From Candidatus Kaiserbacteria bacterium CG10_big_fil_rev_8_21_14_0_10_47_16 (GTDB lineage Bacteria; Patescibacteriota; Minisyncoccia; Phycocordibacterales; UBA918), in NCBI GenBank assembly GCA_002773395.1, contig PFBI01000004.1, positions 12,615-76,614 on the forward strand: a stretch of DNA of 64,000 nt, given 5' to 3'. The notes below the pieces were generated by a model. The model was given only the letters and a program-made list of their open reading frames with translations. It was not told the DNA's origin and searched no databases. The position numbers and the translations under genes were made by a program. Below, one piece after another: positions 19,633 to 28,334 of this stretch (positions within the stretch are counted from its first letter, which is position 1; each line of letters starts with the position of its first letter).

Positions 19633-19911
19633 CCCGTTAGAGATAACACATGTCATTTTATGTCTACGTACTCAAAAGCAAACAAGATAATCGATTTTAT
19701 ACTGGCTGTACTAATAACCTACGAAAACGTTTTAATCAGCACAACAAAGGGCAGGTTACTGCAACAAAAAAGAGATTGCCAGTTGAACTTATTTATTATG
19801 AAATGTGCCATAATCAAGAGGATGCATACGCTCGTGAAGAGTATTTAAAAACAGGTATGGGTAAGCGATATATTAAAAACAGATTAAAAGGTTTTCTATC
19901 TCTAACGGGCT
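19631..19911. mobile_element. Inverted-repeat-bounded GIY-YIG cassette
   Basis: AGCCCGTTAGAGATA (19631-19645) and TATCTCTAACGGGCT (19897-19911) form a perfect 15-bp inverted repeat around an AT-rich nuclease gene. Confidence 0.7.
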
Positions 19912-19913
19912 GA
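19650..19913 (+). CDS. GIY-YIG nuclease family protein
   Basis: FYVYVL..FYTGCTNNLRKRFNQHN.G...TK.R.P.ELIYYE...A..RE..LK. Confidence 0.92.
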   Translation: MSFYVYVLKSKQDNRFYTGCTNNLRKRFNQHNKGQVTATKKRLPVELIYYEMCHNQEDAYAREEYLKTGMGKRYIKNRLKGFLSLTG

Positions 19914-19915
19914 AT

Positions 19916-21832
19916 ATGAAGGTAGTTTACGATTGGTTAGAAGAATATCTCGGAGAGAATGCACCTAGTTCTGAAAAGGTTGCGGATCTTTTGACATTTC
20001 ATGCATTTGAAATTGAAGGAACTGAAGTGAAAGGAGATCATACTGTTATCGATGTGGACGTACTTCCAAACCGCGCAGCGGATTGTCTCTCACACCGAGG
20101 TATTGCTCGGGAGATAGCATCAATTACAGGGGTGCCACTTGCCCACGATCCGCTCACGGTTCGTCCAGAGCTTCCTACTACAGATAAATTGGTAGCGACA
20201 ATCACAAATCCTGAACATTGTTCGCGGCTCACACTCGCCCTTATGGAAGGGGTCACTATTGGCGATTCACCGGAGTGGCTCAAGAGTCGACTGCAGGCAC
20301 TTGGTCAACGATCAATCAACAATGTTGTTGATGCCACCAACTACGTGATGCTCTCGCTTGGTCAGCCGCTTCATGCGTATGATGCAGCGAAGTGGCAAGA
20401 AAAAGACGGTACATATCATGTTGGTGTTCGTGCTGCCGCAGCCGGCGAGACGATCACGGTGCTTACAGGAGAAACATATGAGCTGACACCGCGGGCACAG
20501 CTTATTGTAGATACAACGAATGATGCGCCAGCAAGTATTGCGGGAATTAAAGGAGGAACCTATGCAGAGATTGGTAAAGAGACGACGACCATTATTCTTG
20601 AAGCTGCACATTTTAATCCGTCTGTGACGCGTGTCGCATCGCAGTTTTTAAAACTACAGACAGATGCATCAAAGCGATTTGAAAATGATCTCTCGCCTGA
20701 GCTTACCCCGTACGCACTTGATGCTGTCGTGAAACTTATTACAGATATCGCAGGAGGAACACTTGTTGGAATTACCGATACATACCCGATGGCGCGGTCA
20801 CAATCGCGCGTTGCAGTGACTGAAGCGAAGACGAACGCGCTTCTCGGACTCTCACTTACGCGAGAGGAGATGAAAGATATTTTGGTTCGTATTGGCGCGA
20901 CGGTTGAGGAAACTAAAGAGGGCTTTGTAGCAGTTGGCCCATGGGAACGAAACGATTTGGATATCGAAGAAGATTTTATTGAAGAGATTGGACGCATTTA
21001 TGGGTATGAGCACGTAGCACCTATTGTGCCGGAACAGATATTACTAAAAGAAATTAATGCTCGTCATTACTATAGCGAACGTGTCCGTGAGGTACTTATT
21101 GGTCTTGGATTCTTTGAAGTCATTACCTCATCATTTCGAAAGAAAGATGAAATCAGATTACAGAACGCACTTGCGAGTGATAAAGAATACCTTCGCTCAT
21201 CATTGAAAAAGAATATTATCGAGGTACTCGATAAAAATATTCCACTCGTCGACGTACTTGGTGTGCGAGACATTCGTGTATTTGAAATTGGTACGGTGTT
21301 CAGTAAAGGAGATGGGGGAGTGACAGAGCGGTTCTCACTTGCGTTTGGCGCTCGTACTCGACAAGATGGTTATAATCCAAAGGACGATGCTGTCCTCACG
21401 GAAGCAATGAGTGTGCTTGAGAAAGACCTTGGAGTATCGCTTGGTACACAGATTGAGAAAGGTGTCGTAGAAATCGCCTTTACCGAGCTCATAACACAGC
21501 TACCACAACCGACTGTATACGAACCACAACCTGTGGGAGCAGAGATACAGTACAAAGCATTTTCTCAATACCCGCACATCGCGCGTGATATTGCGCTCTG
21601 GGTATCTGAGGGAACAACCGCTGCAGATGTGATTGCGGTCTTACAAAAAGAAGCAGGAGATCTCTGTGTACGGATTACACTCTTCGATGAATTTACCAAA
21701 GATGGACGAACGTCATTTGCATTCCGCTTGGTGTTCCAGTCATATGAAAAAACGCTCGCAAGCGAAGAGGTAGATACGATTATGGAAAAAATATACGCTG
21801 CAGTAAAGGGAAACGATTGGGAGGTGCGATAA
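19916..21832 (+). CDS. pheT: Phenylalanine-tRNA ligase beta subunit (lacks B2 OB domain)
   Basis: PNRADCLSHRGIARE, NNVVDATNYV, DFIEEIGRIYGY, RDIAL anticodon-binding domain; 638 aa. Confidence 0.95.
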   Translation: MKVVYDWLEEYLGENAPSSEKVADLLTFHAFEIEGTEVKGDHTVIDVDVLPNRAADCLSHRGIAREIASITGVPLAHDPLTVRPELPTTDKLVATITNPEHCSRLTLALMEGVTIGDSPEWLKSRLQALGQRSINNVVDATNYVMLSLGQPLHAYDAAKWQEKDGTYHVGVRAAAAGETITVLTGETYELTPRAQLIVDTTNDAPASIAGIKGGTYAEIGKETTTIILEAAHFNPSVTRVASQFLKLQTDASKRFENDLSPELTPYALDAVVKLITDIAGGTLVGITDTYPMARSQSRVAVTEAKTNALLGLSLTREEMKDILVRIGATVEETKEGFVAVGPWERNDLDIEEDFIEEIGRIYGYEHVAPIVPEQILLKEINARHYYSERVREVLIGLGFFEVITSSFRKKDEIRLQNALASDKEYLRSSLKKNIIEVLDKNIPLVDVLGVRDIRVFEIGTVFSKGDGGVTERFSLAFGARTRQDGYNPKDDAVLTEAMSVLEKDLGVSLGTQIEKGVVEIAFTELITQLPQPTVYEPQPVGAEIQYKAFSQYPHIARDIALWVSEGTTAADVIAVLQKEAGDLCVRITLFDEFTKDGRTSFAFRLVFQSYEKTLASEEVDTIMEKIYAAVKGNDWEVR

Positions 21833-21833
21833 T

Positions 21834-21867
21834 AAAAAGACCGGAAGCAAAGCTTCCGGTCTTTTTT
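21834..21867. terminator. Bidirectional terminator between pheT and cysS
   Basis: AAAAAGACCGGAAGC-AAA-GCTTCCGGTCTTTTTT. Confidence 0.8.
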
Positions 21868-21869
21868 CA

Positions 21870-23321
21870 TTACACCTTCGAGACGCGGGCTCCCTGTGGA
21901 GAATCTTCGACCGTGTAGCCTTGGAGATTTAATGCTTCACGGAGTCTGTCTGCTTCGGCAAAGTCTTTATTTTTGCGTGCAGTCTCACGTTCTTCAAGGA
22001 GCTTTTTAATATCATCGGGAATATCTTCTGCTTCAATGACGCCGAGTGCTCGTGCTGCCACATCGGAAGCATCGGAAAGTCCGAGGCCGAGTACGATATC
22101 AAATTCACGAAGTGTTGCGACTTTATCTTTCGATATGACGGTCGTGTCTTTTACTAATTCCCACATGAGTGCAATCGCCTTCGGGGTATCAAGGTCATCG
22201 TTAATTGCCGTAAGGAATTTCACTTTGTACCCGTGGTTGATTTCACCGCTTTCATTTTTCCATTCTTCAAAGATGTACCGCTTGAGACGGAAGAGTGCTT
22301 GGCGCGCTCCGTCGAGTGCTTCAAAGGTAAAATTCATCGGTGAGCGATAGTGTCCTGTGAGAAGCCAATATCGGTAACTTTCAGGCGAGTATCCACGATC
22401 CTCAAGACCGGAGAGACGAATTCCGTTTCCGAGCGATTTCGCAATCTTCGTGTCGTTGACACTGATGTGTGCATTGTGGAGCCAATAGTGCACAAACGGT
22501 TTTTTTGTAATGGCTTCTGCTTGCGCAATTTCCCCGTTGTGGTGGGTATACTTCAGATCTTCACCACCTGTGTGGATATCAATCTGTTTTCCAAGTGTTG
22601 CGAATGCCATCGCAGTACACTCGATATGCCACCCCGGGAATCCCTTACCCCATTTACTATCCCATCCGAGCATGCCTTTTTTCCAAAGTGCGAAGTCTGC
22701 AGGGTGATGCTTTTCTGGGTTTATTTCGACACGTGCACCATCTTTGAGTTTGGTGATATCAACATTTCCAAGCACGCCGTATTCTGGAAACTTTGTGACA
22801 TCAAAATACACGCCATCAGAAATTTCGTACGCGTAGCCTTTGTCCATGAGTGTGGTAATAAGAACGATCTGTTCCTGCACGTAGTCGCTTGCGGGAGTGT
22901 AGTAGGTTGGAGGAATATTACGAAAACGAAGGTTGTCATCCTTGAAGGATTGCATGTAGATCTCTGCAACGTCGCGCATTGCGGCAAGGGTAATAGGCTT
23001 GCCGTCACGCTTGAGCGCTTTCATCATTTTGTCCTCACCTTCGTCACCGTCATCAGTGAGGTGACCGAAGTCAGTAAAATTGATGGTGTGATGAACGGTG
23101 AATCCTTGGTACTGCAACGCACGCTTTGTAATGTCAGGGAGAAGGTATGCACGGAGGTTACCGATATGAATATGATCGTACACGGTCGGTCCACATGAGT
23201 ACATAGAAACAACGCCTTTCTGAAGTGGTACAAAAGGTTCCTTTTTTCCTGAGGCAGTATTGTAGAGAGAGAGGGCCGTCGCTTGAGCTGAGTCTTTTTC
23301 TTTTCTGAAGAGGCCAAACAT
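21870..23321 (-). CDS. cysS: Cysteine-tRNA ligase
   Basis: CGPTVY..HIGN, DFALWK, PGWHIEC, KIAKS. Confidence 0.96.
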   Translation of the reverse strand: MFGLFRKEKDSAQATALSLYNTASGKKEPFVPLQKGVVSMYSCGPTVYDHIHIGNLRAYLLPDITKRALQYQGFTVHHTINFTDFGHLTDDGDEGEDKMMKALKRDGKPITLAAMRDVAEIYMQSFKDDNLRFRNIPPTYYTPASDYVQEQIVLITTLMDKGYAYEISDGVYFDVTKFPEYGVLGNVDITKLKDGARVEINPEKHHPADFALWKKGMLGWDSKWGKGFPGWHIECTAMAFATLGKQIDIHTGGEDLKYTHHNGEIAQAEAITKKPFVHYWLHNAHISVNDTKIAKSLGNGIRLSGLEDRGYSPESYRYWLLTGHYRSPMNFTFEALDGARQALFRLKRYIFEEWKNESGEINHGYKVKFLTAINDDLDTPKAIALMWELVKDTTVISKDKVATLREFDIVLGLGLSDASDVAARALGVIEAEDIPDDIKKLLEERETARKNKDFAEADRLREALNLQGYTVEDSPQGARVSKV

Positions 23322-23356
23322 AGGGCTTTAGTGTATCAGATATGGATAAACCTGCA

Positions 23357-24268
23357 TTACATCCACTTCTTATACTTGAAGAATCCAAAGAAACCGATAG
23401 TGACGACTGTCATGATTCCCACAATAATCCAGAAATCGTTCGGGTGCCCAAGAATCGGTGTGTGGGTTGTGTTCATACCGAACATAGAGGTGAAGAGTGA
23501 GAGTGGGAAGGTGATAAACGCCATGATGGTAAGGACGGTCATGATCTGGTTTTGCTTTGTGGTGAGAAGCGCAAAGTTTGTCTCACGCAATTCTTCAAAA
23601 GCTTCAAAGAGACTGTGCGTTCTGGTGGTGAGCATTTCTCCGTGCAGAATTTCTTCAGCAAGTCCGAGCGATACAGATTCTCCAAAACATTCTTCAACTT
23701 CGTCTTCAAGTGAGGCGAAGACACGCTCATGGGTTTTGAGCACTTGTCTGAAAGTAAGCACGCGCCGACTTGTTTTTGAAATGACGAAGACCAATTCTTT
23801 CTCGCGGTTATCAAACATTTCACGTTGGATGTCGTTCATCTTTGATTCGAGGTAGTCGAGCTTGGTATCCAGTGCGTTGTAGAGCGTGCGAAGGAGTGCA
23901 AAGAAAAGGTGAGCTCCTGTCGCATGTTTATTTGTTTTATAGAGGGTCCCGATGACCTCGAACTCTCGCTTAAACTGATCGATTGCGCCCATGTCTTCGT
24001 ATCGTACAGAGATAAGCGCATGCTTCGTAATGAGGAATTTGAGCTCATGTGCGCGCTCAATATCTTCCCGTTTTACAATAGGAAAATCCATGGTCACCTT
24101 GATGACGCCTTGTATAGAAAGTGCTCGAGACTGCGGTACAGGCGCAGCGAGATCTCCGAGGAGGGAAGGAGGAAGTTGGTATGTTTCAAGAAGCGCGCGC
24201 ACTTCGTCGGGCGTTGGATTAAGAACATCTACCCATGTGAGGGTACCTTGTGTATAGGTCTCTATCAT
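23357..24268 (-). CDS. corA: CorA-family divalent cation transporter
   Basis: TWVDVLNP, FGMN signature, two C-terminal TMs, KKW. Confidence 0.9.
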   Translation of the reverse strand: MIETYTQGTLTWVDVLNPTPDEVRALLETYQLPPSLLGDLAAPVPQSRALSIQGVIKVTMDFPIVKREDIERAHELKFLITKHALISVRYEDMGAIDQFKREFEVIGTLYKTNKHATGAHLFFALLRTLYNALDTKLDYLESKMNDIQREMFDNREKELVFVISKTSRRVLTFRQVLKTHERVFASLEDEVEECFGESVSLGLAEEILHGEMLTTRTHSLFEAFEELRETNFALLTTKQNQIMTVLTIMAFITFPLSLFTSMFGMNTTHTPILGHPNDFWIIVGIMTVVTIGFFGFFKYKKWM

Positions 24269-24347
24269 GTCGTAACTCATTTTAGCATGACGTTTCCGCA
24301 TATACACAGTTTTAGTATGACAACAAATGTGTAATAATGCCCTCTAT

Positions 24348-25634
24348 ATGAGACTACAAGATGATATGAACGGACCTTCGCACGATCAGGATCAGGAAGA
24401 GATGGGACTCACCCTGTATCAGTCGAAGCTCCCGCTTCTTGGCATTGGACTTGCAATCCTTCTTGCTTCAGCATCATTTTTCTCAGGACTCCAACTTGGC
24501 TCAGGTATGAGTATGCAGGCGAGTGTCAGTTCACTCTTTTACGGTGAAAAGAATACTCCACCCGAAGACGTTGATCTCACCGAATTTTGGCAGGTGTGGC
24601 ATTCACTTGATAAAAAGTTCGTGAGTAGTCACGCGGACGCGCTCCCTACAGACGAACAGCGCATTGAAGGTGCGATTCGTGGCCTTGTCTCTTCATACAG
24701 TGATCCATACACCGTTTTCTTCCCACCGGAAGAATCGTCTGCATTCCAAGAAGATATCTCAGGAAACTTCAGTGGTGTTGGAATGGAAGTAGGAATGCGT
24801 GAAAGTATCATTACGGTCATCGCACCGCTCCCCGACAGTCCCGCAGAGAAAGCAGGTATTCGTTCTGGAGATCAGGTCATCCGTATTGACGACACTTCAA
24901 CAGAAGGTATGACGGTGGATGAAGCGGTAAAGCTCATTCGTGGAGAAAAAGGGACTACCGTAAACCTCACCGTGGTACGAAAGGATTCGTCTGAAGTGGT
25001 CGCAATCTCAGTGGTCCGTGACACTATCGTGGTACCGACAATAGATACTGAAGTGCACGGTGATACCTTCGTCATCAAGCTCTACAGCTTCAATGCACTC
25101 GCAGAAGCAGAAATGCAGCAAGCGCTCCGCACTTACGTCGGAAGTGGAACACATAAAATCGTACTCGATCTCCGCGGTAACCCAGGAGGGTATCTCCAGA
25201 GCGCGGTTGAGATAGCCAGTTACTTCCTCCCAGCGGGGCAAGTGGTTGTCCGTGAAAGCTACGGCGAGTCATACAAGGAAGATGTGTACCGAAGTAGTGG
25301 CAAAACACTCGGTTCGTACGCACCACAGAAGATGGTGGTACTGGTTGATGGCGGCTCAGCATCAGCATCTGAAATTCTCGCAGGCGCTCTGCAAGAACAC
25401 GGCGTCGCAACACTCATTGGCGAGCAAACATTTGGAAAAGGTTCGGTACAAGAGCTTATCGATATCGGAACAAAGTCATCACTGAAGGTCACGATCGCTC
25501 GCTGGCTCACACCAGATGGCGTCTCAATCTCAGACAAAGGACTCTCGCCAGATACGACCGTCACTCGTACTCCAGAGCAATACCTTGCTGGCGAAGATCC
25601 ACAAATGGACGCAGCGCTCAAATTCCTTCAATAA
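24348..25634 (+). CDS. S41-family C-terminal processing peptidase with PDZ domain
   Basis: DPYT, FSGVG, LDLRGNPGG, SASASE, GKGSVQ. Confidence 0.93.
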   Translation: MRLQDDMNGPSHDQDQEEMGLTLYQSKLPLLGIGLAILLASASFFSGLQLGSGMSMQASVSSLFYGEKNTPPEDVDLTEFWQVWHSLDKKFVSSHADALPTDEQRIEGAIRGLVSSYSDPYTVFFPPEESSAFQEDISGNFSGVGMEVGMRESIITVIAPLPDSPAEKAGIRSGDQVIRIDDTSTEGMTVDEAVKLIRGEKGTTVNLTVVRKDSSEVVAISVVRDTIVVPTIDTEVHGDTFVIKLYSFNALAEAEMQQALRTYVGSGTHKIVLDLRGNPGGYLQSAVEIASYFLPAGQVVVRESYGESYKEDVYRSSGKTLGSYAPQKMVVLVDGGSASASEILAGALQEHGVATLIGEQTFGKGSVQELIDIGTKSSLKVTIARWLTPDGVSISDKGLSPDTTVTRTPEQYLAGEDPQMDAALKFLQ

Positions 25635-25636
25635 AA

Positions 25637-25680
25637 TAAAAAGAAAACCCCGTGTCAAAGACACGGGGTTTTCTTTTTAT
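25637..25680. terminator. Bidirectional terminator
   Basis: ATAAAAAGAAAACCCCGTGTC-AAA-GACACGGGGTTTTCTTTTTAT. Confidence 0.8.
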
Positions 25681-26390
25681 AATCCAATTTGTTTGAGAAA
25701 TTCTTTCAGCTCGGCATCTTTGATGATGCGATATTGTGCTGGCTTCATGTCACCAACTGCAAGATTTAAAATTCGTACACGCTTCAATTGCTGTACTTGG
25801 TATCCGAGTCCTGCGCACATACGACGGATCTGGTGCTTCTTACCTTCAGTGAGTGTGATGCGACACCGCGCTGGTCCTGTCTTTTCAACTTGTGCTGGTT
25901 TTGTAAAATATCGTTCAATGCGCATACCAGATTGTATGGTGCGTAAAAACTGATTTGTGATGGGCTTGTCGACGGTCACCTCATACGTGCGTTCGTGGGC
26001 ATGCTCAGGGTTGAGAAGTCGGTCAGTGATGCGACCGTCATCAGTCATAATCATGAGACCTTCAGAGTCTTTATCGAGCCGGCCAATAGGGAAGAGTCCG
26101 GTGAGATTGTAGTCTTCTTTGAGGCGCATGAGAATATCAGTCTCACCTTCAGCAGGAGAGTGGGTAATGACGCCACGTGGTTTGTTGTACACAATGTAGC
26201 GGTATTCTTTATGTTTACTGCGCACATCTACGGTATCGTCTTTGGCAATTTGCTGTCCAAGTGTTGCACGAACACCATTTATAAACACCTTACCCGTTTC
26301 AATGAGTGTGTCAGCACCGCGTCTTGTTGAGAGACCTTTGTGCGCGAGATATTTGTTTATTCGCATGGGAAATTGGAGGTCTTCGTTCAT
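25677..26390 (-). CDS. rRNA pseudouridine synthase, RsuA/RluB/RluF family
   Basis: S4 domain MRINKYLA, YNKPRG, GRLDKDSEGL, EGKKHQIRRM. Confidence 0.93.
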   Translation of the reverse strand: MNEDLQFPMRINKYLAHKGLSTRRGADTLIETGKVFINGVRATLGQQIAKDDTVDVRSKHKEYRYIVYNKPRGVITHSPAEGETDILMRLKEDYNLTGLFPIGRLDKDSEGLMIMTDDGRITDRLLNPEHAHERTYEVTVDKPITNQFLRTIQSGMRIERYFTKPAQVEKTGPARCRITLTEGKKHQIRRMCAGLGYQVQQLKRVRILNLAVGDMKPAQYRIIKDAELKEFLKQIGL

Positions 26391-26431
26391 AGTTTTGATT
26401 TGAGCCGTAATTGTGCTATGCTTTTGAAATT

Positions 26432-27688
26432 ATGTCAAATCAAAAGGAGTTTTACGACGTTATCGTCATCGGCGGAGGTCCTGCCGGAATGATGGCAGCG
26501 GGTCGAGCAGCAGAGCGCGGAAAGCGTGTGCTTCTTCTTGAGAAAAACCGAACACTCGGTCGCAAGCTCGGTATCACGGGCGGCGGTCGCTGCAATATTG
26601 CAAATGCAGAAGAAAATGTTCGTGAGCTCCTCTCATTCTATGGAGATGCAGAACCGTTTCTGTACTCACCGTTTTCACAGTTCGGTATGAAGGACACTTT
26701 TACCTTTTTTGAATCACGAGGGTTGCCACTTGTCGTTGAAGCCAAAAAACGTGCCTTCCCAGCAACGCAAGATGCGCTCGATGTCGTGCGTGTGATGAAA
26801 GAATATGTCATGGCGCACAATGTCACCATTCGTACGGGGGTTCGCGTTGATGGATTTATTCAAGACGCAGGAAAGATCATTGGTGTGAAAACAAACGGAG
26901 GAGTATTTGCGGGGCGTACGTTCATGCTTGCAACGGGAGGGAACTCACGTCCTGAAACAGGCTCAACGGGTGAAGGAATTTCATGGCTCTCAACTCTTGG
27001 TCACACCGTACACAATTCAAATCCAGATATTGTGCCTCTCATTGCGCTTGAAGATTGGGTAAAGAAACTTTCGGGTACGTCACTTTCATTTATGAAGATT
27101 ACGTTTTCTGACATGGAAGAAAATAAAGAGACTCGATTTTCACGAACAGGGAAAATTCTCTTCACACACTTTGGTGTTTCGGGTCCACTGATTCTCAATA
27201 GTGCGAAAGAGGTAAAGAAGCTTCTTGCTGCAGGCCCCGTACGTGCGTACATCGACTTATATCCAGATACCGAAGTAGGTACGGTACGAAACCGCGTACT
27301 TGGTGTATTTGAACAAAACAAAAACAAAGACTTCAAAAACATCCTCAAAGGCCTCGTGCCAGCAGGAATGACAGAAGCAGTACTTTCGCTCCTTCCTGCG
27401 CAGGTTGCTGAGAAGAAGGTGCACAGCATTACGAAAGAAGAGCGCCTATTCCTCTCTGATCTTCTCAAGGCGATGCCGCTGACCATTTCGGGCACGATGG
27501 GCTACGAATGGGCGGTGGTGTCTGATGGCGGCGTTGATCTCGCTGAGATTGATACAAAGACTATGCGCTCAAAGAAGCACGGCAATCTCTTTGTGATCGG
27601 CGATGCGCTTCACGTGAGCCGTCCATCGGGCGGGTACTCACTTCAGCTCTGTTGGACAACTGGCTACGTTGCTGGAAGTGCGGTGTAG
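26432..27688 (+). CDS. HI0933/BaiN-family FAD-dependent oxidoreductase
   Basis: IGGGPAGMMAA, GGGRCN, ATGG.S.P.TGSTG, LFTHFG.SGP, GGYSLQ. Confidence 0.92.
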   Translation: MSNQKEFYDVIVIGGGPAGMMAAGRAAERGKRVLLLEKNRTLGRKLGITGGGRCNIANAEENVRELLSFYGDAEPFLYSPFSQFGMKDTFTFFESRGLPLVVEAKKRAFPATQDALDVVRVMKEYVMAHNVTIRTGVRVDGFIQDAGKIIGVKTNGGVFAGRTFMLATGGNSRPETGSTGEGISWLSTLGHTVHNSNPDIVPLIALEDWVKKLSGTSLSFMKITFSDMEENKETRFSRTGKILFTHFGVSGPLILNSAKEVKKLLAAGPVRAYIDLYPDTEVGTVRNRVLGVFEQNKNKDFKNILKGLVPAGMTEAVLSLLPAQVAEKKVHSITKEERLFLSDLLKAMPLTISGTMGYEWAVVSDGGVDLAEIDTKTMRSKKHGNLFVIGDALHVSRPSGGYSLQLCWTTGYVAGSAV

Positions 27689-27701
27689 TAGACTATAGAA
27701 T

Positions 27702-28334
27702 ATGTTTAATCGATTTTTTAGAGAATTAGAAGGAAAGAAGCTTACGTTTTTTACGATGGTTTTTGGTGTTGTGCTCCTTACGTACGGCGTGCTTTATGTC
27801 ATTGATTTTATTCCAGAGAGTCCTGAGACTGCGTCAAGTACACCGAGTGCCGCGACCGCAGCAAATGAAGCGCCAGTCATTCGTGCCGGTGTTGATGCGA
27901 CTCCTGATAAAATTATTTTCGATACATTGGGTAAAGAAGTGAATATTCTCAATCCAGAATCAGCGGATATTCCTACACTCGATAGTGCACTTCTTTCAGG
28001 CGTTGTGCGTCATCCAGAATCAGCAGACCTTCTCCAAGACGGTACCGTATTTCTCTTTGGTCACTCAAGTGGACTTCCGAACGTCATCAATAAAAACTTC
28101 CAAGCATTCAACGGTATTCAAAATTTGAAGTGGGGAGATAAGATTCGTATTCAATCATCTGACTTCGAGTACGTGTATCGTGTTGACCGTGTGTATGAGG
28201 CGAAGGCGAGTACGGCCGAGGTATCACTGGTCGCTGGGACAGCAACACTTGCGCTCGCAACGTGTAACTCATTCGGAAGTAAAGACGATCGCTTTGTGGT
28301 GGAAGCAACCCTCGTTGATTCGTACCCGCTCTAG
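27702..28334 (+). CDS. Sortase
   Basis: N-terminal TM, FGHSS (His), TLALATC (Cys) and DDRFVV (Arg) catalytic triad. Confidence 0.85.
   Translation: MFNRFFRELEGKKLTFFTMVFGVVLLTYGVLYVIDFIPESPETASSTPSAATAANEAPVIRAGVDATPDKIIFDTLGKEVNILNPESADIPTLDSALLSGVVRHPESADLLQDGTVFLFGHSSGLPNVINKNFQAFNGIQNLKWGDKIRIQSSDFEYVYRVDRVYEAKASTAEVSLVAGTATLALATCNSFGSKDDRFVVEATLVDSYPL

Noticed and set aside
22350-23198. 282-aa plus-strand ORF, and similar shadows at 29681-30448, 55485-56216 and 62944-63537
   Set aside because: Antisense to well-supported genes (cysS, dnaE, DUF5667-like, S11 peptidase) and without motifs.
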